Virus record (IMG/VR): IMGVR_UViG_3300034062_004791
Location: 1-58,867 of that record
Direction: 5' to 3' (one strand)
Source: a virus
Lineage: Duplodnaviria > Caudoviricetes
Length of the DNA: 58,867 nt
This document shows, in pieces, positions 57,729 to 58,867 of this stretch. A program made the translations under genes and the position numbers. Below the pieces are notes generated by a model. It made no database searches, had not been told where the DNA came from, and saw only the letters and a list, made by a program, of their open reading frames with translations. Positions within the stretch are counted from its first letter, which is position 1, and every line of letters begins with the position of its first letter.

Positions 57729-58865
57729 TTAAATTATGCTTCCTCCAAGTCTTAATTTGGGTAAAGTAGGACTATCTTTAGTATATATGAGTCCTGTAGC
57801 AGGCCCAAAACCACTATTTACTCCATTATCATTTGTGATTGGGAATGGATATGGTTTATCCAAAAAGATATTCATTGGTTTCATCCAATAACCTTCACTT
57901 GCATTTACATTATCTACGTGAACTCCCACATTTATGTTTCTTGAGAATGAAACTGGATTCACAGTTAATGTTTTGGTTTCATAGGAACCTACTGCAGCAA
58001 TCGTATACTGAGTAACAGTTGAACCACCAGTTACAATTGAACTATAATCTCCGCCAGCATTTGCTAATCTATTTGGACCAACTGCAGAAACAACATCTCT
58101 TACTTCAAGTCTTGGATAGTTTCCAGAATAAGGACTATAAAGTTTAATCGCACAAGAGACATTAAGAGTTGTATTTGCAGGCACATAAACAGAAACCATA
58201 AATCCAAGTCCATAATCATTTATTTCTGTTGAATGTAAAACTCTCCAAGCAGTTTCATTTGCATCCCAATATCTTTCAACTCCATAACCAAACTCACGAA
58301 TTGCATCAATCTCAAAGTTATGTTCTAAAGAAGTTGCAGTTTGACGATTTGTTCCTCTGTCTATGTGAGTTCCGTGATATTGTGACCTTACGGTTGTTCC
58401 TGGTGGATTTGAGTTTTCATTTGCAAGACCACTTAATCTTGTGTGATATGAATAGGAAATAATTGACGATACTCTTTCACAATACATTCCGTGCCTGGAA
58501 CCAGTTGATTTTATTTTGTAATTACTTGGTGAAGTACTAGATGCAAAAAATAAACTTTGTTCGTTTCCACCATCACCAATGAAATGATGAACTCCTATAT
58601 TAGTATCAAACTGAATAATTCTTGCTTGCCTATAATTTCTTGAGGAATAATTATAAGCAAATTCTCCCCATTCCGCCATATGTTCATTTCTATATCCCGA
58701 AGCATTACTTCCAGATGCTATACAGTTATAAGCACAACCACCTTCGTGATACCAACCAGGAGTTATAGCAGAGTTAAAAATTCCAACAACAGAACAACAT
58801 CTCAATTGCCCGTATCTTGCTCTATTAAACAAACCACCTAAATCTCTTGTACTATTACTTCCGGT
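57729..58865 (-). CDS. Partial large virion/tail-associated protein (5' end outside the window)
   Basis: Frame is open to the window edge; beta-rich; adjacent to the fibre gene. Confidence 0.8.
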   Translation of the reverse strand, partial: TGSNSTRDLGGLFNRARYGQLRCCSVVGIFNSAITPGWYHEGGCAYNCIASGSNASGYRNEHMAEWGEFAYNYSSRNYRQARIIQFDTNIGVHHFIGDGGNEQSLFFASSTSPSNYKIKSTGSRHGMYCERVSSIISYSYHTRLSGLANENSNPPGTTVRSQYHGTHIDRGTNRQTATSLEHNFEIDAIREFGYGVERYWDANETAWRVLHSTEINDYGLGFMVSVYVPANTTLNVSCAIKLYSPYSGNYPRLEVRDVVSAVGPNRLANAGGDYSSIVTGGSTVTQYTIAAVGSYETKTLTVNPVSFSRNINVGVHVDNVNASEGYWMKPMNIFLDKPYPFPITNDNGVNSGFGPATGLIYTKDSPTLPKLRLGGSII

Positions 58866-58867
58866 GA

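Noticed and set aside
198-58462. Most plus-strand ORFs in the track (e.g. 198..551, 2364..2792, 7862..8434, 12488..12832, 29343..29750)
   Set aside because: Antisense shadows of well-supported minus-strand genes or RNAs; no RBS or motifs.

Overview
Fragment of a large, AT-rich T4-like myophage, most likely a freshwater cyanophage. This is inferred from T4-type late promoters (CTAAATA/ATAAATA), a glutamine riboswitch, and cyanobacterial-type HNH and cupin genes. Positions ~1-52,700 are a hyperplastic early region of well over 100 short, mostly minus-strand ORFs. More than 30 copies of a palindromic promoter element (GACAGTT-N4-AACTGTC-like box about 30 nt upstream of a -10 hexamer) split it into small modules. 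Recognisable enzymes include a CCA/polyA nucleotidyltransferase, an RNA ligase-kinase-phosphatase set, a TOPRIM primase, a DEDDh exonuclease, HNH nucleases and an SF2 helicase. Positions ~52,800-58,867 hold a late module (collagen-like fibre, glycosidase-like propeller, TPR-methyltransferase-oxygenase fusion). Best candidates for new biology: (1) a plus-strand, late-promoter five-gene cassette (coiled-coil protein, Cys-rich collagen, papain protease, two Tyr-rich peptides) whose first and last proteins share a 21-aa Q/N/G motif; (2) a solitary tRNA with a Leu-type body but a GAA (Phe) anticodon; (3) two genes broken by TAG at expected Trp positions; (4) degenerate copies of terminase ATPase, prohead protease and the EF-Ts N-domain. 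All family calls come from motif recognition by eye, not database searches. Many further tiny hypothetical ORFs are not listed individually.
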